Source: Candidatus Dormibacteria bacterium | GTDB lineage: Bacteria; Chloroflexota; Dormibacteria; DASZGP01 | NCBI GenBank assembly: GCA_050998755.1 | Contig: JBPCPW010000001.1 | Coordinates: 5,343-69,342 of the forward strand | Reading direction: 5' to 3' | DNA length: 64,000 bases | Shown: piece after piece, positions 62,730 through 64,000 of the stretch | How the letters are laid out: every line of letters begins with the position of its first letter | How positions within the stretch are numbered: position 1 is the first letter of the stretch | Translations under genes and position numbers: made by a program | The notes under the pieces: generated by a model | Database searches by the model: none | What the model was told of the DNA's origin: nothing | The model's input: the letters and a program-made list of their open reading frames with translations, nothing else

Positions 62730-63580
62730 CCACAGCCCACGCGCATGTAGCGATAGGTCGTCACCGGGCGGAATCCCAGCGCGCTGTAGATGTGGACCGC
62801 CGGCCCGTTGTCCGGCAGCACCTCCAGCGAGACCTCTTCGACCCCTCGTTTTCGTAAGAGCTCGAGAGCCTGGCGCATCGCTGCCGCGCCGAAGCCCTTA
62901 CCGCGCTCCACGCTGTCGACGACCAGGCCATAGATCATCGAGCGCTTCGGGGTATCGATGATGCGCAGGGTCCCCACCGCGCGGTCCCCGCTCCAGATGA
63001 TCAGCGACTCCTCCTCGATCGCATCGTGCCGGCTGAGCAGCAGGTCGAGGGTCTCGGCATCCATGGCCGGGAAGCCGTCAGCGAGCAGGTTGCGCAGCAC
63101 CTTGCGGTCACCAGGTGTCGACTGCCGGAGATCCACCTGCGGTCCCGGCACCGGCCAGAGGTTGGTGTCCGGCGCATCGAGGCGCAGCACCATGCGCAAC
63201 TCCGACGAGTCGAGCTCGGCGCCGCGGCGGCGCATCCAATCGATGGCCAGCGGTGCAGCCTCCTCGCAGATCACGAGCACGCTCTTACGCCCGGTCTCGG
63301 AGGCAGCTCGCAGGCAGGCATCGAGCAACGCGGCTCCCACACCGCACCCTCGGTGGTCGGGATGCACCATCCCGCAGACCTCTGCATCCTGGCCCTCATC
63401 GACGCCGCCATAGCCAATTACCCGGCCGCCGGCAACAGCCAGGAATTGGCCTGATCCGCATGCTTCGCCTGGCTCCTCCAGCGGCTCGCCGAGTACCAGT
63501 TTGAGGTCCTGACCGGACGTCTCGACGCAGGTCGCGGCGAGGTCCCTGACGGCTTCGAGCTCCGTCCGCGTCAACCCCAC
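62708..63580 (-). CDS. tandem-GNAT acetyltransferase (mycothiol synthase MshD-like architecture)
   Basis: Two GNAT cores (…[14 protein letters not shown]… and …[21 protein letters not shown]…) in ~290 aa; MshD assignment tentative. Confidence 0.6.
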   Translation of the reverse strand: MGLTRTELEAVRDLAATCVETSGQDLKLVLGEPLEEPGEACGSGQFLAVAGGRVIGYGGVDEGQDAEVCGMVHPDHRGCGVGAALLDACLRAASETGRKSVLVICEEAAPLAIDWMRRRGAELDSSELRMVLRLDAPDTNLWPVPGPQVDLRQSTPGDRKVLRNLLADGFPAMDAETLDLLLSRHDAIEEESLIIWSGDRAVGTLRIIDTPKRSMIYGLVVDSVERGKGFGAAAMRQALELLRKRGVEEVSLEVLPDNGPAVHIYSALGFRPVTTYRYMRVGCGQISARG

Positions 63581-63755
63581 CCGGGCCTGGATCGAAAAGG
63601 CTTCCGGTGCTATTGGTCGTGTGCCCCCGACTGGACATCGTCGACAAGGCTCATGGTCAGCGCGAATTATGACCGGCGACCGTCACCACCGGCCGCCCCC
63701 GAGCACCCTTACGATATAGCCCTCGCCAGCCGGCAATTCGAGGGAAGTCTCTGCA

Positions 63756-64000
63756 ATGGCCAAAGCCGCCCGTCCTGCACCCGACCCCGCGCCCCAGCCC
63801 AAGGTCCCGCGCCCGCGGCGGGCCCCCAGGGACGTCGCCAAGGACGTTGCCCTTACGCGCCGCGAGGTGACCCTCGGTGAAAAGCGGATCAACCTGCTGC
63901 GCAAGCGGCGGCACGACGCCATCCAGGGTGACCCCTCAGCGCTCAAGAAGCAGCACGAAAAAGGCAAGCTTTCGGCACGCGAGCGGATCGACAAGTTGCT
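63756..64000 (+). CDS. acyl-CoA carboxylase carboxyltransferase (beta) subunit, PccB/AccD-like, 5' partial
   Basis: N-terminus …GEKRINLLRKRRHDAIQGDPSALKKQHEKGKLSARERIDKLL… matches conserved start of propionyl-CoA carboxylase beta subunits; runs off window. Confidence 0.7.
   Translation, partial: MAKAARPAPDPAPQPKVPRPRRAPRDVAKDVALTRREVTLGEKRINLLRKRRHDAIQGDPSALKKQHEKGKLSARERIDKL

Noticed and set aside
1-64000. Mobile elements, prophage, CRISPR, tRNA/rRNA, toxin-antitoxin or defence islands
   Set aside because: No transposase/integrase/recombinase motifs, no repeat-spacer arrays, no tRNA-like cloverleaf candidates in the few intergenic gaps, and gene content is uniformly core-metabolic with homogeneous GC; nothing supports a horizontally acquired island.

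Overview
This is a high-GC (~70%) actinobacterial-type chromosomal segment, densely coding on both strands (about 60 genes), and almost all of it is core metabolism. Recognisable genes include a Ski2-like helicase (HelY-like), acyl-CoA ligases, the threonine-to-glycine pair tdh-kbl, two ECF sigma / membrane-partner pairs, GalU, PolX, a family III CoA-transferase, two ABC-2 transporter pairs, CoaE, Zn- and Fe-type alcohol dehydrogenases, a thioredoxin-fold protein followed by CcdA, a crotonase with a membrane Fe-S reductase, an orphan GAF histidine kinase, a NYN/OST-HTH protein, an acetyl-CoA-synthetase-like ligase, a MerR-HTH/adenylate cyclase fusion, tandem SCP2 proteins, 3-hydroxyacyl-CoA dehydrogenase, GlnA, a PucR-type regulator divergent from kynureninase and an amino-acid permease, a PP2C phosphatase / Ser-Thr kinase / GlnA-like / GGDEF module, and a propionate cluster (methylmalonyl-CoA epimerase, a mutase lacking its B12 domain, the start of a PccB-like carboxyltransferase). 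I recognised no transposase, integrase, CRISPR array, rRNA or tRNA. I did not find a convincing novel multi-gene system. The most unusual signals are: (1) a ~45-nt palindromic element present twice, each time immediately 3' of a TAG stop and 5' of a CoA-ester-metabolism operon; (2) a low-density stretch at 14.3-15.9 kb with three tiny ORFs (a charged 90-aa protein, a membrane protein with a C-terminal (SP)n tail, a 79-aa secreted protein), a 545-nt ORF-free gap and a candidate structured 5' leader RNA; (3) two genes (CcdA-like and a 2-hydroxyacid dehydrogenase) whose conserved N-termini are encoded upstream of any in-frame ATG/GTG/TTG. Coordinates of start codons are best estimates from the ORF track plus homology reasoning; all homology calls come from motif recognition, not from database searches.
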